A stretch of 64,000 nt of DNA from Candidatus Peribacteria bacterium (GCA_041691135.1 JBEPVF010000006.1:19059-83058); one strand, 5' to 3'; shown: positions 20,027 to 28,416, numbered from the stretch's first letter. The notes: a model not told the origin generated them from the sequence alone. Numbers and translations: made by a program.

Positions 20027-21526
20027 CTACTTCGAGAAGTTGAGGTAGATGGGATTTCCGACGATGAGAAGAGCGCCGCTTTGGGAGCGGACGTTGACTC
20101 GGAGCCAATGCCGCTTGCCGTCGCTTTGATAGTCGAAGTTCCTTGTCTCCTCGTTCTGGTTTGCGGCGGATGCATCGAGTAAGGTGGTTGGCTGGCCATC
20201 GACAATGATCTCTGCGTGGTCGCTGGCGAGGGCGGCCATCTTGAGGGTGAAGTGAATCTGTTGCCCGGCTGGAGATTGAACTTCGTCTCCCATCATTGCC
20301 ATGCCTGTATCTGTCTTTGCAGTAAATTCGATGGCGCGGTCTTTTGATCCCTGCGCATCGACGAAGACGTGGCCTGCGCGGATGGCGTCGAGGATGGCGT
20401 TCTCGGATAAGTTCGCGGCATAGATCACGGTTGCAGGATGACCGATGGCGGAGTAGGTTTGCGGTTTGAGATCGGCATCGTGGTTATCGCTGCCGCCCAA
20501 TGCTGTTAGTCGAAATCCATTGTTGAGTTGCTGCTGCCAGAGTGGGATGCCAGAGTGCGGGCCGTCGGCCATGCCTCCATTGATTACTTCGATGGCTGTG
20601 ACTCGGCTGAAGTCCGTGTTGGGAACTGTCCATCCGCAACCCATGCACGACTCTCCTGAAGGGATGCCGGGATGATTGATGGAGAGGATGCCGTGCAGGC
20701 GCTGCACTTCGTCGAGCAGGTGATTGAAGTCAGGGACGTGCGGGCTGGTCAGACGGAAGTCGATGAAGTCTGTAGGGCCGTAGACGTTGGCGTGTCCCTG
20801 GAAGGTGGTGATCTCGCGGGCAGGTATCAGGAGCAGGTGATCGAAGTAAGGTTGCAGCTCGCGCATGTCGTTATATTGCGAGATGGTGTTGTGGTCGCTG
20901 ATGGCGATGAAGTCGAGACCTCTTTCGGCTGCGGTCTCGACGGTCTTGTAGAGAGGGCAGGGAACTTTCTTGCCGGACTGGCTGAGGCATGAGCCGTCGC
21001 TGTGTGCGTCGTGCATGTGCAGATCGCCGCGATACCATGCGGGGCCGGGACGCAGAGGGGCCTGGCTGAAGGTGGAGGCGTCGGGCTTGTCGCCAGCGTG
21101 CGAGAAGTGAATTTTAGCTTCGTATTGAGAGCGAACACCTTCCCGGATGTTAGGAACGCCGAGTATCAGCTTCCATCTGCCGGGCACGATGGGGCCGGGA
21201 AGATACGACGGGGTGGAGTCGGTCGCTGATACCGTAAAGGTTGATTTATTGCCGCCGCTCCATCCGCGGAAGCGCTGGCTGTCGAACATGCCGAGGTCGA
21301 TGCTGGTGTGCTTATCGCGTTCGGTATAAGAGAATTCCACGGTTACGCGGGTGACGCCTTTGGGCACTTCAAAGGGGACCTCGACGTAGCTCTGGTGATT
21401 GGCATAGGTGATTGTTCCGTGCAGATCGAGATCGGAGGATGGCTTCTGCGCGTGGCATGCTGGCGAGGTAAAGGCGGCGAGGAGGCAGACGAAGATTGCC
21501 GCGGTGCTGAAGGAGAACAATCTCAT
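20027..21526 (-). CDS. Secreted PHP-domain metallohydrolase (CehA/McbA-like)
   Basis: WYRGDLHMHDAHSDG, ISDHN, GHANV, NHP and GGSDNH motifs; signal peptide from MRLFS. The longer ORF start runs into a repeat. Confidence 0.85.
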   Translation of the reverse strand: MRLFSFSTAAIFVCLLAAFTSPACHAQKPSSDLDLHGTITYANHQSYVEVPFEVPKGVTRVTVEFSYTERDKHTSIDLGMFDSQRFRGWSGGNKSTFTVSATDSTPSYLPGPIVPGRWKLILGVPNIREGVRSQYEAKIHFSHAGDKPDASTFSQAPLRPGPAWYRGDLHMHDAHSDGSCLSQSGKKVPCPLYKTVETAAERGLDFIAISDHNTISQYNDMRELQPYFDHLLLIPAREITTFQGHANVYGPTDFIDFRLTSPHVPDFNHLLDEVQRLHGILSINHPGIPSGESCMGCGWTVPNTDFSRVTAIEVINGGMADGPHSGIPLWQQQLNNGFRLTALGGSDNHDADLKPQTYSAIGHPATVIYAANLSENAILDAIRAGHVFVDAQGSKDRAIEFTAKTDTGMAMMGDEVQSPAGQQIHFTLKMAALASDHAEIIVDGQPTTLLDASAANQNEETRNFDYQSDGKRHWLRVNVRSQSGALLIVGNPIYLNFSK

Positions 21527-21616
21527 GGCAATCATTATGGCAGCATCGTGCTGGCGCTGTAATGAAGAAGGTATGACGATGATGTTTTGGAATTGAAAAA
21601 GGGCAACGACAACGGC

Positions 21617-21676
21617 GAAATACAGGGGTCTCTCCACTACCCCTTCGATTTCGCTCAGGGTCCGGTCGAGATGACG
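21617..21676. repeat. CGTC-REP copy 9
   Basis: Core element with inner variant CCCTTCGATTTCGCTCAGGG. Confidence 0.88.
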
Positions 21677-21697
21677 TTATTTTCGATGGAAGAGAGA

Positions 21698-22276
21698 TTA
21701 CTTCCAGGCGCGGGACCACTTTGGTCCGGCGGTGTCTCCCGTGCGGAGGCGGGCGTCGATGCCTGCGGTCAATTCGATGAGCCTGCCGAAGAGCCAGATG
21801 AGATCGGAGAGCCGGTTGAGGTAGGCGATGATCTCGGGCTTTACCTCTACGCCATTTTCTGCGAGTCGCACGGCGTTGCGCTCGGCGCGGCGGCACACGG
21901 TGCGAGCGACCTCGTAGGCGGCGGATTCGGTATGCGCGCCGGGAAGCGACCAGTCGGAGAGGATGCCCTCGGTTGCCTCGATCTGGTGGACGAGCTTTGT
22001 CAGCGTATCGACATCGTCGAGCGAGATGATGGGAGCGTTCTTCTGGTTTTCGGGAGGGGTGGCCAGAGCGCCTCCTACGCGGAAGAGTGTTCGCTGAATC
22101 TCTTCGGTCCAGTTGCAGATTTGCTGGTGATGGCAGATGCTGCGGGCAAAGCCGAGTACGCTGTTCAACTCATCGACTGAGCCGTATGCCTCGACGCGCA
22201 GGTCTGCTTTTGAGACGCGCACGCCGCCAGCTAATCCTGTTTGCCCGCGGTCTCCTTGGGTGGTTGCAATGCTCAT
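21698..22276 (-). CDS. PduO-type cob(I)alamin adenosyltransferase
   Basis: TTQGDRGQT, RVEAYGSVDELNS, ARTVCRRAER and YLNRLSD motifs. Confidence 0.93.
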   Translation of the reverse strand: MSIATTQGDRGQTGLAGGVRVSKADLRVEAYGSVDELNSVLGFARSICHHQQICNWTEEIQRTLFRVGGALATPPENQKNAPIISLDDVDTLTKLVHQIEATEGILSDWSLPGAHTESAAYEVARTVCRRAERNAVRLAENGVEVKPEIIAYLNRLSDLIWLFGRLIELTAGIDARLRTGDTAGPKWSRAWK

Positions 22277-23670
22277 CGCTTGTCTCCTTGTATGCTTTGC
22301 TGCGTGGCTGTGCGTGCGTCTCTGATTAAGTCAGGTAGCCCGACGCCGCGATATCCATTTCCTAAAAGGTATAGCCCATCGAGGCTTCGTACGCGCTCAT
22401 CGAGTTCCTGCATTCGTTCCAGGTGGCCGACGGCGTATTGGGGAAGGCTCTTCGGCCAGCGCCGCACCACGGTGATCTGAGGCTCGGGCAATGGGCCGAG
22501 GATGTGCGCCAGTTCGAGCCGAGCAACGGAGGATACTTCGTCATTGCCGCAGTGCATTAGTCGCTCAGCAGCGTCTCCGCCAAAGAAGGCGCGGATCAGC
22601 TTTCCATTTTGCGGTACGCGGTGGGCGTACTTCTGGTCTACAAAGGTACAGGCGAGCAGGCGGCTTCCCGATCCCTGCGGCACTAGAAATCCGAAGCCCG
22701 GCGGAGTGAGAAATTTTGTCGCGTCGGGAAATCCGAAGGCTACGACTACCGCGGAGCTTGCGTCCATCTCCATGAGCTTGGCGGCGCGGCCATCAATGGG
22801 TAACAGCAGCTCTCGCGCGATGTGTGGGGGAGCGGCCATCATGACGGTATCGAATGTTTCTTGCGAGGTGGAGGTCTCGAGTTGCCAGCGGTCGTGGCTG
22901 CGTGAGATGGATCGGATCTTCGTTCCCAAACGAATCCAGTCTTTGGGAATGGTTGCGATCATGCCGTCGATGAGCGTTCCCAATCCGCTTTGTAGCGTGG
23001 TGAAGACGGGAGACTGCTTGTTGCCGCTCGCGGTAGCGCGGGCCTGCATTGCGGCGATCAGGCTGCCGTGCTCGCGCTCCATCGCAACGAAGGGAGCCAT
23101 GACGGCACGCACGCTCAACTTCGTCACATCTCCGCCGAAGACGCCGCGCAGCAGCGGAGCGCCGATGGTTGCGAGCACTTCTTCGCCGAAGTGCCGCTGT
23201 ACGAACGATGCGACGCTCTCGTCTTGTTGCGGTGCGCTGGCCTTGAGTTCTTCTGCTCGATTCACCTCGGCGTGAAAGGCTTGTTTTGCCTCTGCGCTGA
23301 ATAAGTCCGATTGGTCGAGAGCGTCGAGGTTGGATGGAACCATCATGCGCATTCCATCGGGCATCGCTTTGAGTTGGCCATCCATCACGATATAGGTCTT
23401 ACGCGTGGCGTCATTGGAAGGCATGACTTGGTCGGCGAGGCCAAGCTCTTCGGCGAGTTCGCGGGCCCAGGGTTTTTCTGTCACCCAGGCATCGGGGCCG
23501 CATTCGATGACGAAGCCGCCTTCGCGCACGGTCTCGACGATGCCGCCTAGTCGTGGCGAGGCCTCGAAGAGCACGGCTTTTACTGCCGCTCCGTTGCCTG
23601 CGAGACGCGATAATTCATAGGCTGCCGTCAAACCTGCGATGCCGCCACTGACGATTGCTATCCGCTTCAT
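22273..23670 (-). CDS. hemY: HemY-type proto-/coproporphyrinogen oxidase
   Basis: N-terminal FAD-binding fold, ECGPD, GFGFLVP, LPQYAVGH and GVGLPD motifs. Confidence 0.92.
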   Translation of the reverse strand: MKRIAIVSGGIAGLTAAYELSRLAGNGAAVKAVLFEASPRLGGIVETVREGGFVIECGPDAWVTEKPWARELAEELGLADQVMPSNDATRKTYIVMDGQLKAMPDGMRMMVPSNLDALDQSDLFSAEAKQAFHAEVNRAEELKASAPQQDESVASFVQRHFGEEVLATIGAPLLRGVFGGDVTKLSVRAVMAPFVAMEREHGSLIAAMQARATASGNKQSPVFTTLQSGLGTLIDGMIATIPKDWIRLGTKIRSISRSHDRWQLETSTSQETFDTVMMAAPPHIARELLLPIDGRAAKLMEMDASSAVVVAFGFPDATKFLTPPGFGFLVPQGSGSRLLACTFVDQKYAHRVPQNGKLIRAFFGGDAAERLMHCGNDEVSSVARLELAHILGPLPEPQITVVRRWPKSLPQYAVGHLERMQELDERVRSLDGLYLLGNGYRGVGLPDLIRDARTATQQSIQGDKR

Positions 23671-23731
23671 TCACTCTCCTAAATAAGAATGCGGAGGCCA
23701 GGGCCTCCGCGTTAGCTCTGCTTCTGCCAGC

Positions 23732-24763
23732 TTAAACCTGCGCTGGAACGATCACCTCATCGACCGTCGCTTTGTATTGGCCTGATGCTATTTCAGTTAA
23801 AGCGTCGATGAGGATCTCGGAGTCGTTGAGGCTCTCGGCTCGCCATAACTTCAAACCGAGCTTTTGTGTTGTCTCGGTGAAGGCTACGTCGATGTCGTAG
23901 AGGATCTCGACGTGGTCGCAGAGAAAGCCTACGGGCTGCATGACGACTCCGCTATGCCCCTGCTCTTTGATGGCCTTGAGGGTTTCCTCTACGGTTGGGC
24001 CGATCCATGGTCCGCCGCTGATGCCCTGACTCTGGAAGGCGAAGTACCAGTCCTTTTCTCCGAATCCGACCGGGGCCATGCGCTCGGCCACGAGTTCGGC
24101 GGTGCGCTTTGCTTCGACCGGGTAGGTGTCGGGAGACTCGGCTGCGGATGTTCCGTCAGCCGAAGCTTCCTTGGTCATGATGGTTCGACAGGGAACGCTG
24201 TGCGCCGTGAACAGCACAGGGACACGCTGCTTTGATTGCGCGCACGCCAGCGCCCACACCGGCCACAGGCGTTCGGCAAACGCCTGAGCGAGCAGCGGAT
24301 GTTCAGCCCATCCAGCGACGAAGTCGACCTCAAGCCCATCGGCGGCGGCAAGGACGGCCTTGCGATAGAGACCGACGCTGGTGCGGGAGTTTTGCGGAGC
24401 GAGGCAGATCGCCTTGATATGGGTTACGCCGTCGAGCCGCATCTGCGCGATGGCGTCGGCGATGTAGGGATGCCAGTTGCGCATGCCTACGTACACCCTG
24501 GTATTGGAATCGCCGTTGCGATCGAGGGAGCGCTCCAGCAGGTTGGCTTGAATGAGCGTCCATTTTGTCAGCGGCGGGGCTTCGGCTCCCGGCGTTTCGC
24601 CAAGGCCTATCTGCTGATAGCGATGCTGCAACTCCTCGACGACCGCTTGCGGAAGGGAGCGGCCACCGGTCACTTTGCTGAGATATGCAGCCATCTCGCC
24701 GAGCACGTCGGGGGTGCCGTGGGCGAGCAGCAGAACGGCGCTTCGGCCTGTCTCTCCGCTCAT
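23732..24763 (-). CDS. hemH: Ferrochelatase
   Basis: LLAHGTP, GMRNWHPY, FTAHSVP, FQSQG..WIGP and GFLCDHVEILYDID motifs; ATGA overlap with the hemE stop. Confidence 0.94.
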   Translation of the reverse strand: MSGETGRSAVLLLAHGTPDVLGEMAAYLSKVTGGRSLPQAVVEELQHRYQQIGLGETPGAEAPPLTKWTLIQANLLERSLDRNGDSNTRVYVGMRNWHPYIADAIAQMRLDGVTHIKAICLAPQNSRTSVGLYRKAVLAAADGLEVDFVAGWAEHPLLAQAFAERLWPVWALACAQSKQRVPVLFTAHSVPCRTIMTKEASADGTSAAESPDTYPVEAKRTAELVAERMAPVGFGEKDWYFAFQSQGISGGPWIGPTVEETLKAIKEQGHSGVVMQPVGFLCDHVEILYDIDVAFTETTQKLGLKLWRAESLNDSEILIDALTEIASGQYKATVDEVIVPAQV

Positions 24764-25884
24764 AGCGCTCCGTACTCCTTGACCCATTCGACGACTTTGA
24801 TGACGCTTTCGACGGGAGTTCCGGGGACGATGCCATGGCCAAGGTTGAAGATGTGGCCGGGGCGTCCGGCTGCGGCGGCCAACACCTCGCGCACGCGGTC
24901 TTTGAGAATCTCTTCGGGTGCAAATAAGGTGATGGGGTCGAGGTTTCCCTGCACGGCATGGCCGGTGCCGATGGCCTTCCATCCCTGATCGAGCGGAATG
25001 CGCCAGTCGAGGCCGATGACGTCGGCTCCGGTCTCGGCCATGGAGGGCAGCAGGGAAGCGGTGTCTACGCCGAAGTAAATTACCGGAACTCCCAGCGACT
25101 GAATTCTTTGGACAAGTTCTGTCACCGCAGGGAGGCAGTAGCGCCGGTAATCGGTCACGCTCAGCGCGCCGACCCAGCTATCGAAGATCTGGATGACATC
25201 GGCTCCGGCCTCGACCTGCTGCTGTGCGAATCCGACCAGCACTGTCAACAGTTTTTCCATTAGCATCTGCCATGCGACGTTGTCGCTATACATCAGCTTT
25301 TTGGTCTCGATGTAATTTCGCGAAGAGCCGCCTTCGATCATGTAGCTGGCGAGTGTGAACGGCGCGCCGCAAAATCCGATGATGCCAAGCTGATCGCCGT
25401 CGGCGCGGGGAGCGGAGAAGTGAGCGGCAACCTTCTCGATGGCCCGCGCCACGTAGCTTAGTTCTTCGATGCGGTCGGTGCGCAGTGCACGTATCTGCTC
25501 GGCGGAACGCACGGGCACATGGACGACGGGACCTTCGCCAGCGAGGAATTCGAAGTCGAGGCCCATGGGGGTGAAGGGCAGCAGCAGATCGGCAAAGATA
25601 ATTGCGGCGTCCACGCCCAGCCGCTCGGCGGCGGTGATGGTCACTTCGGCGGCGATCTCGGGGGTTCGGCAGATGTCGAGCAGCGAGTGGTGCTTGCGCA
25701 CTGCCATGTATTCGGGCATGTATCGCCCGGCTTGACGCAGCAGCCAGATGGGAGTGCGATCAACTGGCTGGCGAAGGCAGGCACGGACAAATCTGCTTCC
25801 GGCGGATAGGGTTCCGGCAGGCTGAAGCGCAGCCGCGGATTCCGAGGATGCAGGGATCGACGCAGGACTCAAAGGGTTCTCCAT
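24760..25884 (-). CDS. hemE: Uroporphyrinogen decarboxylase
   Basis: WLLRQAGRYMPEY, GAPFTLASY, QIFDSW, QGNLDP and FNLGHGI motifs. Confidence 0.97.
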   Translation of the reverse strand: MENPLSPASIPASSESAAALQPAGTLSAGSRFVRACLRQPVDRTPIWLLRQAGRYMPEYMAVRKHHSLLDICRTPEIAAEVTITAAERLGVDAAIIFADLLLPFTPMGLDFEFLAGEGPVVHVPVRSAEQIRALRTDRIEELSYVARAIEKVAAHFSAPRADGDQLGIIGFCGAPFTLASYMIEGGSSRNYIETKKLMYSDNVAWQMLMEKLLTVLVGFAQQQVEAGADVIQIFDSWVGALSVTDYRRYCLPAVTELVQRIQSLGVPVIYFGVDTASLLPSMAETGADVIGLDWRIPLDQGWKAIGTGHAVQGNLDPITLFAPEEILKDRVREVLAAAAGRPGHIFNLGHGIVPGTPVESVIKVVEWVKEYGAL

Positions 25885-25991
25885 TGCTATGCTTTTGAGC
25901 CTAGCACCAGCCGCTTGCCGCTTCCAGCGGTGGCGATTGATTTTGATACAAAAGCGACACAGATTTGTTTGAGAAGCGGCTAAAAAAATGA

Positions 25992-26140
25992 AGGCTTAAC
26001 ACCGATTTGCAGCGATACCGCCGATCAGGAACAGGCAACAGCAAAGACGGAAATATAGGGGTCTCTCCACTGCGCCACGCGATAAAACCGCGTGGCTCCG
26101 GTCGAGATGACGTGGGTTTAGAGGTTCGATGATGTGGTTC
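25992..26140. repeat. 9-nt-period repeat plus CGTC-REP copy 10 (26050-26112)
   Basis: AGGCTTAACACCGATTTGCAGCGAT...; inner hairpin GCCACGCG-N7-CGCGTGGC. Confidence 0.88.
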
Positions 26141-26161
26141 GATGATGTTTTTTTACACCTT

Positions 26162-26407
26162 TTAGGGTTCCAGGCGGAAGGTAAACTCTTCGATTACCGG
26201 ATTGGTGAGCACCTCGCGCGCAATCCGTTCGATCTCGGCCTGCGCCGCGTTCTGGTCCAATCCATCTTCCAAAGTCAGCAGGAAATACTTCCCCTGCCGT
26301 ACGTCAGCAACGCCGCGATATTCCATTCGCCGCAATGCATCCGCGACTGTCTGCCCCTGGGCATCCAGCACCGTTCGTTTCAGCGTGACATAGACATGAG
26401 CCTTCAT
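26162..26407 (-). CDS. purS: Phosphoribosylformylglycinamidine synthase subunit PurS
   Basis: VLDAQG, VRQGKYF and LTNPVIEEF motifs. Confidence 0.96.
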   Translation of the reverse strand: MKAHVYVTLKRTVLDAQGQTVADALRRMEYRGVADVRQGKYFLLTLEDGLDQNAAQAEIERIAREVLTNPVIEEFTFRLEP

Positions 26408-26533
26408 TCTGCTTGATTATAGACAAGGTGACGCTTTCCTTCCTAAAACGGAGAGAAAACCGTCCCCTTAGGCCGCTGCCGTCGCGCGCCACAGGCTGCA
26501 AAATTTCGCACACGAGAAGAGATCCCAGATTTT

Positions 26534-27091
26534 ATGCCGAACTATCTTGAGCTACCCATCGGAGATAAAGCCCCCGAGGTAATCAACGCCGTCATCGAGA
26601 TCCCCTCCGAAGGAATCAACAAATACGAGTACGACAAGAAGCTGCACGTCTTCCGGCTAGACCGCAATCTTTATTCTCCCGTCCACTATCCGGGGGACTA
26701 CGGCTTTATTCCCAGCACGCTTGCGGCGGACGGCGATCCGCTGGACGTTCTGGTGCTGGTGGATACGCCTAGTTTTTCCGGCTGCATTCAGGAGGTTCGT
26801 CCCATCGGCGTGCTGGAGATGCTCGATCAGGGCATCGCTGACGAGAAGGTCCTTTGCGTGGGCAAGAACAATCCGCGCTATCAGGATGTCTGGAACTACT
26901 CCGAGATCTACCCTCACATGCTTAAGGAGATTACGCACTTCTTTGCCATCTACAAAGACCTCGAAGGCAAGCGCGTCGAAGTGAAAGGCTGGCGGGATGC
27001 GTCTTTTGCGCGCGACAAGGTGCTCGAAGCGCAACAGGCCTTTCTCGACAACAAGGCGAAGATTGAGGTAAAGGCTGTTGCTCAGAAGTAG
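26534..27091 (+). CDS. ppa: Inorganic pyrophosphatase (family I)
   Basis: NKYEYDK, YPGDYGFIP, DGDPLDVLV and DEK motifs. Confidence 0.97.
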   Translation: MPNYLELPIGDKAPEVINAVIEIPSEGINKYEYDKKLHVFRLDRNLYSPVHYPGDYGFIPSTLAADGDPLDVLVLVDTPSFSGCIQEVRPIGVLEMLDQGIADEKVLCVGKNNPRYQDVWNYSEIYPHMLKEITHFFAIYKDLEGKRVEVKGWRDASFARDKVLEAQQAFLDNKAKIEVKAVAQK

Positions 27092-27126
27092 ATGGCTTGC
27101 TCGAGCCTTCCCGGTCAGCGGAAGAT

Positions 27127-27172
27127 AAATACAGGGGTCTCTCCACTGCGCTACGCTTCGGTCGAGATGACG
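27127..27172. repeat. CGTC-REP copy 11
   Basis: AAATACAGGGGTCTCTCCACTGCGCTACGCTTCGGTCGAGATGACG. Confidence 0.9.
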
Positions 27173-27200
27173 TGCTTCTGTGTTTTCACAAGAATGCTAT

Positions 27201-27223
27201 GGGCCGCTGAAGTCTAGCGGCCC
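27201..27223. terminator. Hairpin between the convergent ppa and tRNA-Arg genes
   Basis: GGGCCGCT-N7-AGCGGCCC. Confidence 0.5.
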
Positions 27224-27266
27224 TATCGCCTGCCGTGGCCGGCATACAACGGCGAAACGTATAGGG

Positions 27267-27342
27267 TGGTGAGCGAGGCAGGGCTCGAACCTGCAACCGT
27301 CAGCTTAGAAGGCTGATGCTCTATCCATTGAGCTACTCGCCC
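27267..27342 (-). tRNA. tRNA-Arg (anticodon TCT)
   Basis: GGGCGAGTAGCTCAATGGATAGAGC...anticodon loop CTTCTAA...GGTTCGAGCC...CTCGCTCACCA. Confidence 0.96.
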
Positions 27343-27467
27343 CTACATCTTCCTGATCGATTGTAGCGGGTAGAGCGGGCAACCGGAAATGCAGAGAGCT
27401 TGTTTAGAAACTGCTCTGGCTGGCGCGGTGTTTGATAGAAAGAACAGGCAACGGCAGGAACAAGGAC

Positions 27468-27575
27468 AAATACAGGGGTCTCTCCACTCCGCTGCGCTCC
27501 GGTCGAGATGACGTGCTGTTTGTTGCGCTTCGTCCAAGTGACGTGCTGTTTGTTGCTTCGGTCGAGATGACGTGC
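27468..27575. repeat. CGTC-REP copy 12 (27468-27513) plus a ~30-bp array
   Basis: Core element; TGACGTGCTGTTTGTTGC is repeated. Confidence 0.9.
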
Positions 27576-27596
27576 TTTAGAGTATGGAATAAATAT

Positions 27597-28217
27597 TCAT
27601 GCGAAGGAGAGGTCCTTGCTGCGGACGAGGCTTACGATCGCATCGAGGGCGCTGGCCCAGTTCTCTTCGGCAGATTGTGGATCGTGGCCAAGGGCTTTGA
27701 GGTAGAGGCTGAGAGCGAAGCCTTCTTGTGGCCCGGTGAGGTCGACGAGCGCAGGGCGCAGAACACAGTCGAGCATGGCGTAAGGATGGTTGAGGGGCGC
27801 GGCGTGCCGGGTGAGGCGATGGAGAAGCTGCTCGTGCTGGTGGAACGAGGTGAAGATGGAACGTTCGCGCCAGAGGATGTCGATGTAGCTGACGAAGCCG
27901 TGGGAGGCGTCGTGGGAGGCGTCGTCGAAGATATCGAGATTGATGCGAAGGCTTTCGATCTCGTCTGCGTCTTGTTTTGGACGGAGCGGCCAGGCATCGC
28001 ATTTGGCCGTGAACACTGGAGAGCGGGGCGCGTTGAGCGAGCGCAGAGCGTGCATGAGCGGAGGATGAAGCTCCGCTTCGGGCAGGTGGTCGAGGTCGTA
28101 GGGATTTTCGCGCAGGTCGATGAAACGGCGGTTGCCGCTGGGGTCTGAGGGATCAGACCAGGGGATGACGAGGACGGGATCGTCTGCGGAGGCTTCTACG
28201 GACCATTCGGCGAGCAT
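27597..28217 (-). CDS. Hypothetical protein
   Basis: About 206-aa ORF; TAAGAT -10-like box 8 nt before the ATG; no family recognised. Confidence 0.7.
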   Translation of the reverse strand: MLAEWSVEASADDPVLVIPWSDPSDPSGNRRFIDLRENPYDLDHLPEAELHPPLMHALRSLNAPRSPVFTAKCDAWPLRPKQDADEIESLRINLDIFDDASHDASHGFVSYIDILWRERSIFTSFHQHEQLLHRLTRHAAPLNHPYAMLDCVLRPALVDLTGPQEGFALSLYLKALGHDPQSAEENWASALDAIVSLVRSKDLSFA

Positions 28218-28303
28218 CAATGATTATCTTAGTGCCTGTTTAAAGGCTGAGGGCTGGTTATCGGCTTGTGTTGATGAGCAACAGGCAAAAAAACAAGAAA
28301 AGC

Positions 28304-28380
28304 GAAATACAGGGGTCTCTCCACTGCGCTGCGCTTCGGTCGAGATGACGTACCTTTTTTGCTGCTTCGATCGAGACGAT
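28304..28380. repeat. CGTC-REP copy 13 (28304-28350) plus one degenerate unit
   Basis: Core element followed by CTTCGATCGAGACGAT. Confidence 0.9.
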
Positions 28381-28416
28381 GGTTGGCTGGGGCGGAATGG
28401 TCTGGCTGCGAACGGG

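Noticed and set aside
21527-21637. Extended N-terminus of the PHP hydrolase (536-aa call)
   Set aside because: It starts inside repeat copy 9; the signal peptide and -10-like box support the start at 21526.
24764-24982. Extended hemH N-terminus (416-aa call)
   Set aside because: It overlaps hemE; the ATGA-coupled start at 24763 fits better.
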